A stretch of 64,000 nt of DNA from Lepidodermella squamata (GCA_047495785.1 JBLDXI010000012.1:434001-498000); one strand, 5' to 3'; shown: positions 50,014 to 63,972, counted from the first letter of the stretch. Notes: generated by a model not told the origin, from the sequence alone. Made by a program: numbers and translations.

Positions 50014-51012
50014 ATGTCCGGGAAGAAATCTGGTGGTGAGGAAGCGGAGCCGTCTGATCAGTTTGACGGATCTGATGTGGAACAGTCTGAAGATGTTTCA
50101 GAGGTTGAACAAAGTCCTGGAAATATGTCTAGCGACGGCGAAAATGCCGTGCGTCAGCGCCGCAACCAGTCCGGTGAAGAGGAGTTCTCCGATGGTGGCT
50201 CACCTTTGCCCGCTAACAATGATACAGATGATGAAAAGGGAAAAGTAAATGTTTTTTTCTGGGGCGTTGTAGCTCTTGTTATGGCTGTCGGTTTGCTTGG
50301 TTTGTATTACGCCGGCCAACCCGATAGCCCTGCTTCATCCCACCCGCTCATGGCTGACGTCAGCAATGTGATCAAGAAATTCAACTTATCTGCGTCGGTT
50401 AATAAAAATATGATGGCAACGTTCAGTGAGATGATTGAAAGCCAGCGACCCGTCGTTGTTTTTGTTGCTTCATCGGAACCCGGCCACGTCAACCCAGCTG
50501 TTACTCAGTGCCTTTTCAAGTCACTTATTCGTAAGTTTAGCGATCACTACAAGCCCAAAAGTGAAGCGAAGAAGATCGACCTTCGAAATTCGCTCACTTC
50601 GATCAAGGAGAAGTGCACTGAAGGCGATGTTTCGCGTTGTGTTTCGAATAAATTTATCGAGTTGTTTAAAACTTCGCTTGAAAACACCAAAGTGCTGTGG
50701 ATTGATGGCTTGGAAGCTTTGAACTACGATCCTGGACTCATTGTATCGATGAACAGCTTTGCTGACCACAGCGAAGCCCCGGTTAAACAATCTTTGATTT
50801 TCATTACCGCCAACTTTGAGGGTGATGCCAAGAAGCCGATTACCACTGCTACAAAGTCGTACTTCCAAAAGATCTGGACCAAGAATTCAAAGGGGTGCAA
50901 AGTCGGTGATATTTCTTGCATGACCACCGACAATTTCCATGCTGTTTGGACTCGCATTGGCGAGTTTGTGATCGACGCTAAGGGTCTTTCAAGCTTGCCA
51001 GACTTTTGTTAA
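50014..51012 (+). CDS. TOR1AIP: Torsin-1A-interacting protein-like (LAP1/LULL1), type II membrane protein
   Basis: Acidic N-terminus, one TM helix, luminal AAA+-like domain with RPVVVFVA, FADHSEAP (cf. YCDHENA) and VWTRI (cf. LWSRI arginine finger). Confidence 0.75.
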   Translation: MSGKKSGGEEAEPSDQFDGSDVEQSEDVSEVEQSPGNMSSDGENAVRQRRNQSGEEEFSDGGSPLPANNDTDDEKGKVNVFFWGVVALVMAVGLLGLYYAGQPDSPASSHPLMADVSNVIKKFNLSASVNKNMMATFSEMIESQRPVVVFVASSEPGHVNPAVTQCLFKSLIRKFSDHYKPKSEAKKIDLRNSLTSIKEKCTEGDVSRCVSNKFIELFKTSLENTKVLWIDGLEALNYDPGLIVSMNSFADHSEAPVKQSLIFITANFEGDAKKPITTATKSYFQKIWTKNSKGCKVGDISCMTTDNFHAVWTRIGEFVIDAKGLSSLPDFC

Positions 51013-51290
51013 TTGAGGGTCAAACTCTCTGAACAGCAAATCACGTTTTTTGAGAGTCCAATCTCAACATTTTGGTGGTTGGAATAACAATAATGGAGAG
51101 CAATATCCTATATATCCTATATAAAATATCTGAAATACGTGTGCATAGAAGCTCCGATTCATGTGTTCTCGCTTTCCATTTGATGAAAACGCTTTCAGAA
51201 TATCATCCGGGTGTAAATTTAACAATAGTCATTGCTTATTTATGGATTTTTTTTCTGTATTTCATAGGTTTTTATCCTTAACTAACCCTG

Positions 51291-54200
51291 ATGGCCCTCA
51301 AACCCCGGCCAAAAGTGATAGCCGACGAGTTATTTGAAAGATGGCTTCGAAAGCCGGGGACTTTGGATCTTCTCAATGCGGCTCTCAACAAAATCGCCAA
51401 AGGTAATTTTTCTCTCGATTTGATTGTTTTTTTGAATAAATGAATTTGATAGGCGAAACACCTCTTGATTCAATCGGCTCCGGTGCAAGTTCACCCCAAG
51501 CCTCTGAAGTTCCAGCGCTTTCCCTCGGTTCTTCTTCACGACCCTCAGCCGTTGGATTGGCGGCGCCGCCTAAGGGCTCGTCGAGTCCAGCTGCGACTAA
51601 CAGTCCACGCCGCCAAGTCTTCACGGAACAAACCAACAAAGTTCTGGTGAGTTGCTATTGTTGACTTGCAATTTTCCCAATCTCATCGATTTTCCCATCA
51701 TCGTCGTCTCATCCGGGACACAGATAATGAGATCAGCCTGTTTCTTAAGGACTAGTGCAGTAGGAAAATGCAGTCTAGAAAACGAAAAAAAAATCAATTT
51801 GTTCATTCGAATGAACACAAAATATACAGCAGTAATGCGCCTTGATAACGACGATATTAGTAATTATTTTACAAAATATTGAAATCGCTCTCAGCATCGG
51901 TTATCAGGAGCATATTATCAATAGCAAATTAACGCGAATTGTTGCTATATTTATTTTCAGTTGAGCGACCTCAATTCACAACAGTTATATATTTTTCGTA
52001 CCTCCATATAATTATTTGTCCACTTTATTGTCAATTTTGGTGAAAACTCTTAGCCGGTGTTCTACTTGCAACGCCAACATCTCGAACCCCTTAGTAGTAC
52101 ATGATGCCAGCGCATAGATATGCCTGTTGACGGTGATTTTCAAACACTCGTTACTTACAACTTGTATCTTCGTGCTGCACAAAAGAAGCCGAGGTGTTGT
52201 TGATGGTGTTGTTGTTGTTGTTATTTGTCGTCGTGGCCAGGCATCAAATGATATTCCCAAGGCACTCTCTGTCGCACGTATAAACACATGCGTATCTCGT
52301 ACAAAAGAGATTGACGTCAAAGAGGTGGCACAAGCACGCCATCGTTTTAGAGCTTATTTATCTCCAGCGATTGGATGCTAAAGTTGAGTAAGTGTTGTTT
52401 GCCCCCTTTTTCACTTGTGCTTATTCGTTGCGCGCACCTCGTAGCAGGAAAAAAAACGAAACGATGCATCAGCGTTTCGACTCATCAGGCAGCTATTTTT
52501 TATATACACCCCAGTATAACAGAAACCAGCCTTGTAGCCGTAATTTGACCCAACTGCGCGGCTAATGTGTCTGCCTTATTACTATACTATTAAGTAGTTG
52601 GTATATCTATAACGCATTTGCCTCACCTTTTCTTTATCATATACTATATAAAAACCATATGCTGTAGGAGATACTTAACCATCATAGTTGACCTTCCTTT
52701 ATCTTCATTAAGGCAGATTATAGTTCGTTAAGCGTAGGCTAATCATTTGTCCCAATCACTGCTGCTGGTTTCGATTAGTAGCAGCCTATTGCGATCGGTG
52801 TTTTTGCGCCGATATTAATAAATCTACCTGCGTCTGCGTTACGAGATTGCCGATAACAAGCTGCTATCATGTAGGGAAAAAATGCCTTGTAATTAGCCGG
52901 CTTGAGTCTTCTCTCATGACGCGCGTTCGATCAAGCTTTTAATATCTCTCTCTATGACGCCCTGTTCATCTCAATTCATTTAAAATCAGCTGCACTTAGT
53001 CCGGATAGGTTGCTATCTCTGCGAAGCCTTTAAAATTGATTTTTTCTCTCTTCATTTTGCGTAGCTTTGAGTGCACTACATAATTGAAAGTTTCTCGCGT
53101 CGTCGTCTTCTGACGGCTGTACATGATCAGCGATAACCTCGCATCGTTTTGCTGCTGTCTATATGGGCGACACGGTAGCTGCTTGTAGTAGCAGTGATTT
53201 TGAGAAGCTCGTAGCATCGCCTGTTTATTACGTGACGGTGCGAGCCGCTCCTCTGCGCGCTACTTTGATCGATCACCGCGCCTCACGCTCGGTTCACGCG
53301 TGCGATCTGTGCCTCGCCGCGACTAGTCTTGGTTATTCCGACTGCGCTTGCTCCATCCACTACGGCTTCTGTACGTCAGTCGTGTTGGAAAAAGCAAAAG
53401 ACGACGAGTCAACGCAGCTTCTCTGCCCTGTTCCTGTACCTATCAAACTCGTAGACCCCTCCTGTCCGCCCGTTAAACCCGCCCCACCGAAACGAACCTT
53501 TAAACAGCCTATTAGCCAGCACTTGTTAGATTGGCAAAGCAAGAGCGCTAACATGTTACTAGGCGGGCTGGATTCAGCCTCGAAACAGCCACCTCTAGCC
53601 CTGCTGTCTTCGGCGGCGAATGCAGCGAAATCGCTGATTGATCGAGTGAAGGCGGGGGAAGGATTCCGCAGCAGTGCAACGAGTTCTGCGACGTCTTCAT
53701 CGCCTCCGAATCCTTCGCTATTCTCGTCATTTGCATTCTCGCCGGGCGGTCCGCCGAAATCGCCAGCAGACGGTCCGCCTTTCCACAATTTCGGCCGGCA
53801 CAGCCTGTCTAATATTCACGGCGATTTGCCACCGCCGCCTAATCACGCTCCTCACGCTCCTAACGAGCATTTCATCGTGCGAGTCCCGGCCACTCACATG
53901 GGTCTGAGCGGGCCGCTGAGTCCAACATCGACGTCAGCCGCATTTTTAAGGCGGTCTTCGGCTCCGCCTTCAGTCGCTCCATTATCACATAATTCGGTTA
54001 ATAAACAGGATTTGGCATTGATAGCAATTTTAGGCGATTGTGTCCCCGGGATATGGGCATCAAATTACAATCATCTCTCATCTTATTTTTTCGCGCTCAA
54101 CTAAAAAATTAATCATCCATTAAGAGGGACGCATCAATCACGAGATAAGTAAAACCAGGATTTTATCGATTGAAGAATTTTTTATTCATTTTAATGATTA

Positions 54201-56626
54201 TTTTTCTTATTTTTTGCAGTCACAGCCATCGCCAAATCAATCGCAGTCCAATCAGTCTTCATCGAACGGTCTGATATCACCTCAACAACAGTCGACCCCT
54301 CTGACCAATGGGCGGCCGCAGCAGCAGCAAAGCTCGCAGCCGGCTCAAACCGTCAACCAGAAACAACCCCTCGCGCCTTCGATTGTTCCGCCTTCCAGCA
54401 GCGACAAGTTGGGCGCCTCTCAGCAGCAACCGGCTAGTCTTCAGAAGTCACTGCCGCCTATGGATGCTCACAAGCAGTTGGCATCTATCAACAGCATCAG
54501 CATTCCTCGGTTTTTCTACCCCCTCGGCAAGCCGGTGTCTAGCGAACTGCTGCGGCAACAAACCGACCGCCTTGTCGCGGCCTTCGACAAACTCGGCAAC
54601 GTGGCCACGCGCGTTCAAGTCGGTGAAATCGCCAAAGATTGCCTTGGTTTAGGCCGATATTGGCGCGTACCGCTGTTTTTGAAAGCTCAAAACCTATCAG
54701 GCGTTGTTGATAGGTCAGAATACGTCACGAAAGACGCCTTCCTTAACATGTGGAAAAAGTGAGTGTAATTTCATCAGAAATAAACTTCTATTTTCAAGTT
54801 ACATTTGTCCACTTTTTTTACGGTGGACGACTTGGACCCAAATTTAGCTAATCAGATACTTTGCCCAATATCAAATCTTTCATAAATCTTCCACCTTAAA
54901 AAAGTGAAAATTTTAATTTTCGCCAACCAAAATTCGCATTTGATCTCAATTTTTAATTTTAATCGTTTAATTTTTAATTTTTTAGAATGACCACGCAGTG
55001 TTTCGACAATGCTTCGAGATTTATCTGGCTATTAAGCTCCTCGTCCCCTGCCGTGTTACCCTCGTCGTTGGTCCAGCAATCGACCGGCCAACCTGTCTCG
55101 GCAGCGCCTAAGCGGCCGGGCACAGCCGCCGGCTCGCTGACCGCCCCGGTGCCGTCGTCTTGCCTGTTCGCGTTGCCACAAGACTTCATTCCAATGATGC
55201 AGGACATCGTCGACAATCACCCGAGTCTCGATTTTCTGCGCGACGCCAAGGAGTTCCACTCGCGGTACATGCACACGGTGATCGCACGCATCTTCTACGC
55301 TATCAACCGGTCGTGGTCGGGCCGCCTCGTCGTCGCCGAGTTGCGGCAGTCGCGTTTCCTCGACGCGTTGGCGCGGCTCGACGACGAAGACGTGAACCGC
55401 TCGACCGAGTTCTTCTCCTACGAACACTTCTATGTGATATACTGCAAATTCTGGGAGTTGGACAAAGACCACGACCTGCTGATTACGCGAGATGAATTAT
55501 CTACCCACAACAATCATGGTAAGGAATAATTTTTTAATTGAATTTTCACTCTATTAATAATTTGTGTGTAGCAATCAGCCCTCGCATAATCGATCGCATA
55601 TTTTCCGGTGCTGTGACAAAGGGGCGTTGCTTGAAGGAAGGAAAGATGAGCTACAACGAGTTTGTGTGGTTTCTAATATCCGAGGAGGACAAGAAGCACC
55701 CGACCAGCATCGAGTACTGGTTCCGATGCATGGATCTCGACGGCGATGGCTATTTGACCACGTTTGAGATGGAGTTTTTCTACGAGGAACAACACCAGCG
55801 GCTCATGCAGATGAGCATAGAGCCGTTGTCGCTGAAAGATCTCATCTGCCAACTGCTCGACATGGTCAACCCGAAAATACCCGGCAAAATCACGCTGTCC
55901 GACTTGAAAGCGTGCCGGCTGAGCGACGTTTTCTTCAACACTTTCATCAACATTTACAAGTACATCGATTACGAACAGAAGGACCCGTTCTCGAATTTAC
56001 GAGAGCTTGAACAAATGGGCGACTCGAACGTGCCGGTCACCGACTGGGAGCGATTCGCCGCGCAAGAGTACATGGCCCTCGTTGCCGAGGAAACGAGTAA
56101 CGACGGCGGAACTGGTGGCAATGGCGGCAATGGCATGGGCTCTTCCGCGGGCAATTAGTGAGTTGAATTTGCTTTCAATACCCAGTTTTTAATTGATATC
56201 AAACATGAAATAATAGCTCATCCGGCGGTCAGTCGCAATTTTAAATCGCTTGATGTCTCCATCCCTTAAAACCGACAATAGGTACCTGCCTTCCTTTAGC
56301 CCTCAATCATATAAACATCGTTGTTTTCGTGTATGATTGTTGTCGTTATGTGCGTGTTTAATTATTTACGAATTTATTTACCAAATGCTTAGGCGTCCTT
56401 ATCGTCATAATAGCTTCGGTTTAGTTCCTTTATATACAGCAGCAATGTACATATTTGTGCATCACGTCACTAATAATTTTGGCATAGAGTGGCATATAGT
56501 TGGATCAATATTTATGATAGCGTCGATTAACTTGTTTTTCTTCTGTTTTTCAGCAACCAGAATGACGATGGTGATGCTTCACTGGCTCGAATATCCGGTT
56601 TAGGCTGTTCGGACGACGAATTTTAG
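51291..56626 (+). CDS. PPP2R3: PP2A regulatory subunit B'' (PR70/PR72 family), multi-exon, alternative C-termini
   Basis: Exons 51291-51402 (ADELFERWL), 51453-51646, 54220-54758 (IPRFFYP), 54986-55518 (FSYEHFYVIYCKFWELD), 55572-56157 (SIEYWFRCMDLDGDG); terminal exon either 56217-56244 or 56554-56626. Confidence 0.92.
53163..53996 (+). CDS. Probable alternative first coding exon of PPP2R3 inside intron 2
   Basis: Long Ser/Pro-rich ORF with its own ATG, upstream acceptor ~53064 and phase-0 donor (TCG|GTTAAT, 53997) compatible with the 54220 exon. Confidence 0.55.
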
Positions 56627-57697
56627 CTCGTTATAGCCGTTTTTCAGTGCTCACAAGGCGACGACGATTGTGAACTTGACCCGAAAGCTGCACCTGTGTT
56701 AAATTTTTTACGTATATATTTACTATGATCGCCTGCTCGTAGTCAAAAAATCTGTATCTGAGTGTTTCTTAATCTCATATACCATGCCCAAAACGTGTAC
56801 ACAGGTCTCATCAAACAAAATTAATCTCGCAGAAAAATCGATAATTAAAGCGCAAATCCACGAAGAAGTGCTTTCGCCTCGGGTTCGGAACTTACTACGA
56901 TAATCTGACGCGTAATTATTATATTATCCGCCGCCGAGCTCATCGAAAAATACGTGTATATGTTTTTGCATTGATTTTGGCTGCGGAGACGCTATTAACG
57001 GGATTCAATATCACTATATTACGAGGGAAGAAATGTTGCCCAAAATGAACGAACTAATAAAGATGCCCAAGCAGCGTTGTTTTTGCTGTACATTTTATCG
57101 AAGGATTGTCAAAAATGCGAACACTTATATTATTCTACGAAATCTCAATTCAATTATTCTTTTTTCGGAATCGTCGCTAATTTTCTGCCTACTACAACAA
57201 AAATTATACTATGTTTTCTGCGTATGAAAATGAAACGAACAGAGTATTCTTATTACTTTGCGTATATGGATTTGTTTTTCTCGTAATTTTTGGCCGATTG
57301 CTGTACGTTTTACTAGCGAGATGTGCGACGTATCATGTTGTGCGATTGCCACGCGCTAGAAAATGGAGAGAGGAATAAAAAGATTTGCTGAGAATAACCG
57401 TTGTGTTATGTATCAAATTTTATTCAATTTTCGCTCAGAAACGATAAAATTCGTTCAACAACGCATTTGCATTATAATAATAACAACAAATAATAGTATA
57501 AGAATAATGCAATGTAGCAGTAATAATACCGTAAAATCGAAAGATTCGCAGCATAAAAATCGAAATAATAATCGGCAAGTGAATCGTCACAGAGGTTTTG
57601 AAAAAATGATTGCCACCACCCGCTTGATAGAAAAAGAAACAATTGACAAGCATAGCTTTGAATTAACCGTAAATATCAAATAATTGTCAATAGTTAT

Positions 57698-60600
57698 TCA
57701 ATCTTCGGCTCCTTCTAGGTTTTCAACAGTTTTCTCGTCTGAAGTCGCGGTTTGAGCTTCACCCGTTGGAACCTCCTCGTCTTTGTTAGGCTCCTCAAAA
57801 GAAACATCCGGAGTAGTTTCAGTCAAGTTCGAATCGCTTTTAGACGGCGATGGGCTAGATGAGTTGGCTTCGATTTGCTTCAGTCTAGCCTCCAAAATAG
57901 TGCGAATAACTTCGACGGCCATCGTAATTCCGCTGGATTTCGAAAAATTACCCGGCGATCGGATGTCTTCGGTTATAACGGATTCACGCCCGGTAGCGGC
58001 CAGCTCAGAGAGCGCGGCCTCGGCGATACGAATAGCAGAAGATAGGTCAGAGTTCTGAAATTTACCACTAGCAACTTCGTGAGCAGTTTGGCCATCCAAG
58101 GTCTAAAATTTAACCATAGCAAATAACAAAAATTTCGATTTTTTTGAAGATTCGTACCATGTGTTCAATAATTAGCCGCTGATTGATTTCCTTCAACAAC
58201 AGTAAGCATCCAACAGCAGTTGAATTTCCGATGGTAGCGTGGACCAGCGGCGTCTGACCCCGCGAGTCCTTCACATCCACCTTAGCACCATGGGCAAGCA
58301 GCAGCTGAGCACACAGAACGCGGTCACTCCTCGCTGCCAGCATCAACGGAGTCATTTTATTCTCGTCAATCAACTCACAGTTCGGATCAGCGCCCCAACA
58401 AGACAACGCAGCTAGTGCTAGACGCAAATTGCCGACTTCAGCTGCTTTCGCCAAGAGCAAATTCGGCGTCAGCGTTACAATCGGGCGCAATTCGCTAGAT
58501 AGCTGGCTGGGCTCCTCTTGACCGAGGTACAAAACCTGTTTGTTAACCTTCGACGGGTCAGACGGACGGCCTGACAACGTCCAGTAGTGATAGTTGGATG
58601 AAAACGTGTCAAAACTAGTGACAAACTCCTTTTTAATATATTTCCGGTAAATAAATTCGGCACGTGACGTGCGGTCCCACGCCTGTCGCGAGTACGTCAC
58701 GACCGGGCAAATTTCTTCGAGCAGTTCGTTAAGGTAGTTGTTACCCGTGCTCTTCAGCAGTAGGATCATTTCAATGGGCAGCGCGTCGAGTTGCAGCGAC
58801 CGAACCCGGCTGACGTCGACTGTCAGCCCGCGGTGAACACCTGAGCATTCGATGCACATCAAACAGCCGAGGTTTTGCGAGTACCACGTCGGCTTGCTTG
58901 CATAGCAGTCCACGCACTGATTATTTCCAGGAACTGATGCGATTTCCTGAAAAAACAACAGACGTAATCTTAATTTCGGTAGCTCATATGGGTCTCTCAT
59001 CGATAATAGACAAGGAAATAACGACTCCGGGAATTCGGGAGAATTTCGCAGGGTGATCAAAGCGGACAAAAATGTCGAAATTTACCGTAATGCGGGGTAA
59101 TTGGGAACGGGATAGCTTAGGACAATTTTGACTTTTTCTAGATTTTTTGTACCTAAACTTAACAAATATGGTTTTTTGCAGGACATTTTCCGATTGATAG
59201 CTTTCGTTTGACATTTGACATTAAAGATGATTGAAGATAAATGGATCTTTTAAAACGTTACAAGCAACGTGGCTTCAAATTTTGTTTTTGGATCCCCTAA
59301 TGTCTTACTTATGATAAAATATTTTCAAATAAAAAATCGGTATTTTTACTTGCCTTCTCTCGGAAATCGAGGAAAGAATTGTCGAAGATCCGTTTAAGCA
59401 GGGCACCTACTTCAAGGTCAGGAAAACAATCGAGTAATTTTGGACAAGATTTGTCATTTTCAAACAATTGAAAACCGAAGATTTGCTATAATTTTCAAAT
59501 TTGTAAGAAACCGAGTTTTATAACTGCTTGAGGAAAAGGGGATTTTTCATTTGGGAAAATGTTATTTTGATCAAAATTAACTCTCATTACGGTACGGAAA
59601 AAATGATGTTTTTCCAGTTTTACTTGAGTAAATTCCGAACTTTTTTGCACGGCAGATTATATTTTCAAAATGCGTTCTAAGATGGTAGTTATAAAATAGA
59701 AGAAATACGAAAGTGAACTTCAAGTTGGAAACTTACACCAAGAACAGCGGCGCTCATCGATTTTCGCTTTTCCTCGATTGCCGCAGACTGCTCGCTGGCG
59801 TGGTCACCATTCGAGTTTCCACCCGTCGTAAGCGACTGCGAGCCATTTGCCGAGTCCATCGTAGCCGACGCGGCTTTGTGGATAGCACTGATCCAAGAAC
59901 GCATGTCCTCCTCAGACTCGGCCTGGAAAATGTGCGACTGCTGGTTGATCAACACGATTTCGAAGCAATAACGCCGTTCCGAGTCGCGAACCTCGCGAAC
60001 ACTGACCAATCTAACATCGGGTACAACAGTTTTCGGCGTCGAATCCTGCTCTTCCGGCCGCGTGTAGTAGAAACTCGACCCTTCGATGACAAACCAACGC
60101 CGAGGCCAGTGACGGGCCATGCGGCTTTCCGGTTTCCGGAATAAGTAACCCTGCTTCCTAACAGGTTCAGAGTTACCGATCGACCCGCCCGAATCGGTCG
60201 AACTAGCTGCTGCAACGATAGCGGCAGTATCAGCCGCCATAACTCCACCCTGTTGCGCGTTCGCGCTAGCCTCCAATAATTGCTTAAGGCGACCCGACAA
60301 TTTTTTCGCCGAGTCATTAACGCTGTCCTGTTCATCGCGCAAGCACCGCCGCTCTAATTTCAGGTCCGCAACAGCTTTATCGTCTAGTTGCCCGTGGCAG
60401 AATGAAATGTAGTCGGCAAAAATCTCAACAACAGATAGAAAAGTTTCTCGGATGAATAGAACAGAGTCGTTGGAGGTTCGCGACAAGCTCGCGACAAGGC
60501 TAAGACCCGACTGTCTTAGCGATAGCTTCGAACTTCCGACCAGTTTTTCGACTTCGAAACGCTCGGCCACTCGAGTTTTTGGCACTTCACTGAAGCGGCC

Positions 60601-61023
60601 TAGCGCGACGTTGTAATCGCGCCAATTCGTGTCATACCGCTGCTTTTCGTTTTTCATCGGGCGAAGTGTCTCATCGACATAAAGTTGAACCTTATCGACA
60701 ATGCAACGGCCTAAATCGCTGACCATGTAGTGATCGAAATATTTGCGTAAAACGTCAAGTTTGTGGATGAAAGTATCGAGTTTGCTAGCTACACCGTGAT
60801 CGCCGCGCTCGGAGAAAAATTTCGACATGACAACAGAAGCGGCGAGGAAATCACTCATCGATTTAGAATACGATTCGCCTTGTTTAACAAAATCCTGGCA
60901 ACTTGTTTGGAGCAGCAATAACCGCGACTCGAGCACATCGAAATCTGTTAATTGCTTCGTGAGTTGCGTTCGAAATGTGGGGCTGTCCTGCAGGCATTCG
61001 TTCAACAAAGCATCAGTGTCCAT
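57698..61023 (-). CDS. ACAP: ACAP/centaurin-beta ArfGAP (BAR-PH-ArfGAP-ankyrin)
   Basis: ECLQDSPTFR (BAR), KQGYLFRK..WPRRWF..QAESEEDMRSWI (PH), CVDC..CIECSGVHR..SRVRSL (ArfGAP), ankyrins. Exons approx 61023-59737, 58946-58158, 58102-57698. Confidence 0.92.
59085..59592. mobile_element. MITE-like element in ACAP intron 1
   Basis: TA|CCGTAATGCGGGGTAATT ... AATTAACTCTCATTACGG|TA, imperfect ~18-bp TIR; same CCGTAAT terminus as 39367-40255. Confidence 0.55.
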
Positions 61024-61864
61024 AGTTTTTTGCCAGCTCAAGTTAAAATACGATAAAAAACACTATTCACGATAATTGCCCAGATGAATGATGAATTCGA
61101 ATAGAACTTAAAAATGGAAGACAATCAGAAAATACAGTAGCTAATGAAAACTTGAGCTGAAATTCTATTCGAGAGTAAATGATTTTCCTCAACCCACCGG
61201 AATTCAAGGGTTCGAAATACATTATTTGCATAACCTAATATTTACCGTCAGAAAAAAGTTAAAGGTCATGTGGAGCAATTTTGGTCGCATCACATATTCT
61301 TGCAATTTAAGATATTCTTGCAGTGAGCTGTTCGGAATTGAAAAGGCGTTTCCCAACCAGAATATCTTTAAGCGGAACCAAAGTCCAAGAGTTCGAACCA
61401 GACGTGAGCAAATTATGAAAAATTCCAGTCATATTCTGAACCTTATGGCCAGTCCTCAACAAGGAGAGTTTTATCGTCTTTTATTTCGAATTTTTCAAAT
61501 TAATCCAGAAAATTTGGAAAATGCGTTTTCAAAGGAATTAATTACTCAAAATATGGTTCCACAACAACAACTTTGGTTCCGTCACAAGTAAGACCCTTTC
61601 CCAACTTCGATCTATTTAAGACAGTAGTTTTGAAAGACGAACTTCAATTCTCAGATTTTTTCCTATTTTTCCATACTTCAAAAAAACCAGGTTAGCTCAT
61701 TCTGAGCTCAGTAAGGTTCTCTGTCCAAGTTCATAAAAATTCCTGCTTTCAGCGATGAATTATTGCTAGAAAATTATGCGAAACTCGAAATGAAGTCCCT
61801 TTTCAAACGTTTTTAATCACAAAACAACTCATAAAAACGGCTTTGTTGCGTGCTATAGGCTGTA

Positions 61865-63299
61865 TCACTTTTTAGTAATGCGTTTGAGCAAGCGGACGAA
61901 TACCGAAGTACCCGATGAAATAGTTATCACCTCGATGGCGCACGCGCCGAGGACACACATGACTGAACACGCGTAATAGAGATAGACGAACGAGCCGAAC
62001 CAGTCTCGCATGAATCCACCAAGTTGCAACGAAGCGTAGCCTACAATGTTAGGCAACGAAATTAAGCCAATAGCTGGGCCAACCAGGTCAATGCCTACAA
62101 CTAGCCGAATCCCGGGGAACAAACTGACAATAATAGCCGACCAAAGAAACCCTACAATCGCGCTAGTGGCTACCATGGATGAATAGTCGGTGAAAAGAGG
62201 ATAGACTGCGAATAAAATCGCGAGAAGAGCTAACGCTAATTGGTTCATGTGGTGAGGATTCATGATTTTGAAGTGTAAAACAACGCCAAGAAGAACGCGA
62301 CTGATAATTTCCCCAACCCCAGAGACCGTCGTTAAAATAGCCTGGTCAAAGCGGTCTACAATGCCCCGGTCTTGGACATGGGCCTGTTGGTACATGATCC
62401 AATTAATGAGAGAGGAAATTGCGGCGAAATACGCAAAGTAGAAGACAATGAGGCGCTTCGTGTTTAGGCAAGCTTTATAGCGCAGTAAAACTTGTTTGCA
62501 GCAATAACAAGACTCGGCATTTGACGTAGAATCGCTGTCTTCTTGCTCTACTGTAATCACCTGCTTTTCGCTGTCAGTTTCACTTGGCGGCTCGACTCTG
62601 AAATTGACGGAATAAAGAGATAAGATTATTTTACCATAGGGTTATACGGGGCTTACTGGGGCGTAACTTTATCAGGGTTGCGAAACAACGTTCCGGATAT
62701 GAATAAATGAAGGTAGAAGCACGCGAGGATTAACAGCGAGCCAGATAGGCCGTAATTAGAGATAGCCAATTGCATGATAGGCGGCATAATTAGCGGGCCG
62801 AACGACGCGCCGGTGAGGCCGAGCGCTGACGCGATGGCGATTTTCTTGTCGAAATACCGCGGAATCATTTGCGAACTTGGATTCAGTGTCATAGCCGAGC
62901 CGAGACCGACGAGCAACCCGTACGTGCCCGTCAGATCGCCGATTGATTTGGCGAAAACCGATGAAACAGCCCCGGCGACCATGACAAACGCGCCGACGAG
63001 TACAACTGGACGCGAGCCGTATCTCTCCGCCAAAAACGAAAATATTAAGGCTGAAAAAAAAAGAAATTTTTTTAAACTTGTCTAACAATGCGTGATAAGT
63101 GCTTACAGGTAGCTGTTTCGGCGGTTCGCTGAGTAAAACTGACAATGGAAGTCATAGAATTGGTCGCATTGTACTGTTCGCGAAGGTAGACAAAGAAAAC
63201 ACCGTTTTGTTTACTAGTTCCAAAAACGCATGTTGACGTGATGAAAAGACCGAAAACGATCGCCCAACCGTAGCCGCCGTCGGGGCGAGCCGTGGTCAT
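61865..63299 (-). CDS. SLC16: Monocarboxylate transporter family (SLC16, MFS); introns 63051-63106 and 62598-62656
   Basis: PDGGYGWAIV signature, ERYGSR, YFDKKIAIA, multiple TM helices. Confidence 0.9.
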
Positions 63300-63493
63300 A
63301 TCAACTCAACGATAAATACCTAAATAATAACACAAAATATCAACCAATTTCCAGCAACCGAAAAACAATTTTTAGTACCACTCCAATAAATTTTTGTTTT
63401 AAAAATAAACGATAAAAATTATTTCGGTTTCAAAGTCGGTAGGAAAGAGGGTATTGGCATTGATTGCGCAAAGAAAGAAAAACAGAAAAAAAA

Positions 63494-63972
63494 CTATGGA
63501 TCACGTTTCACAACAGGATCAGATCTGTCATTGATATGAGCAGCAGTTTTCTTATTATGATTGGAACACTTCGAGAATTTGTGAAAAATAGAATCTTCTC
63601 GTATCCATGCAATTAATTCAATGGCGGTAATGCCGAGGACCAGCATACCTGCGCATGCATAGTAAACAAAAACGAAAGAACCGGTTCGGTCACGGATGTA
63701 ACCGCTCAGTTGAACGGAGGCGTAGGCTAGGAAAACAGGTAGACATAACAGGCCGAAAGCTGGACTCGTAAGTTCAATGCCGACGACCATTCGCAGCATT
63801 GGCACGATACAGACTACAATCGACGACCAAATAGCAGCCGCGAAACCGCAGCAAATCGCAATTACCCAATAATTTCCAACGAAAGGATATAGACTTAGTA
63901 GGATTAGGAAACAAATTGAAGCAATTTGGTGCACGCGGTGAGGTGATATTATGCCAGACTGGAGAAGCATAC
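63494..63972 (-). CDS. SLC16: Last exon of a second SLC16 paralogue (5' part outside the window)
   Basis: Colinear with the C-terminal half of 61865-63299 (VVGIEL..AFGL, GYIRD.TGSF..VYYAC). Confidence 0.85.
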
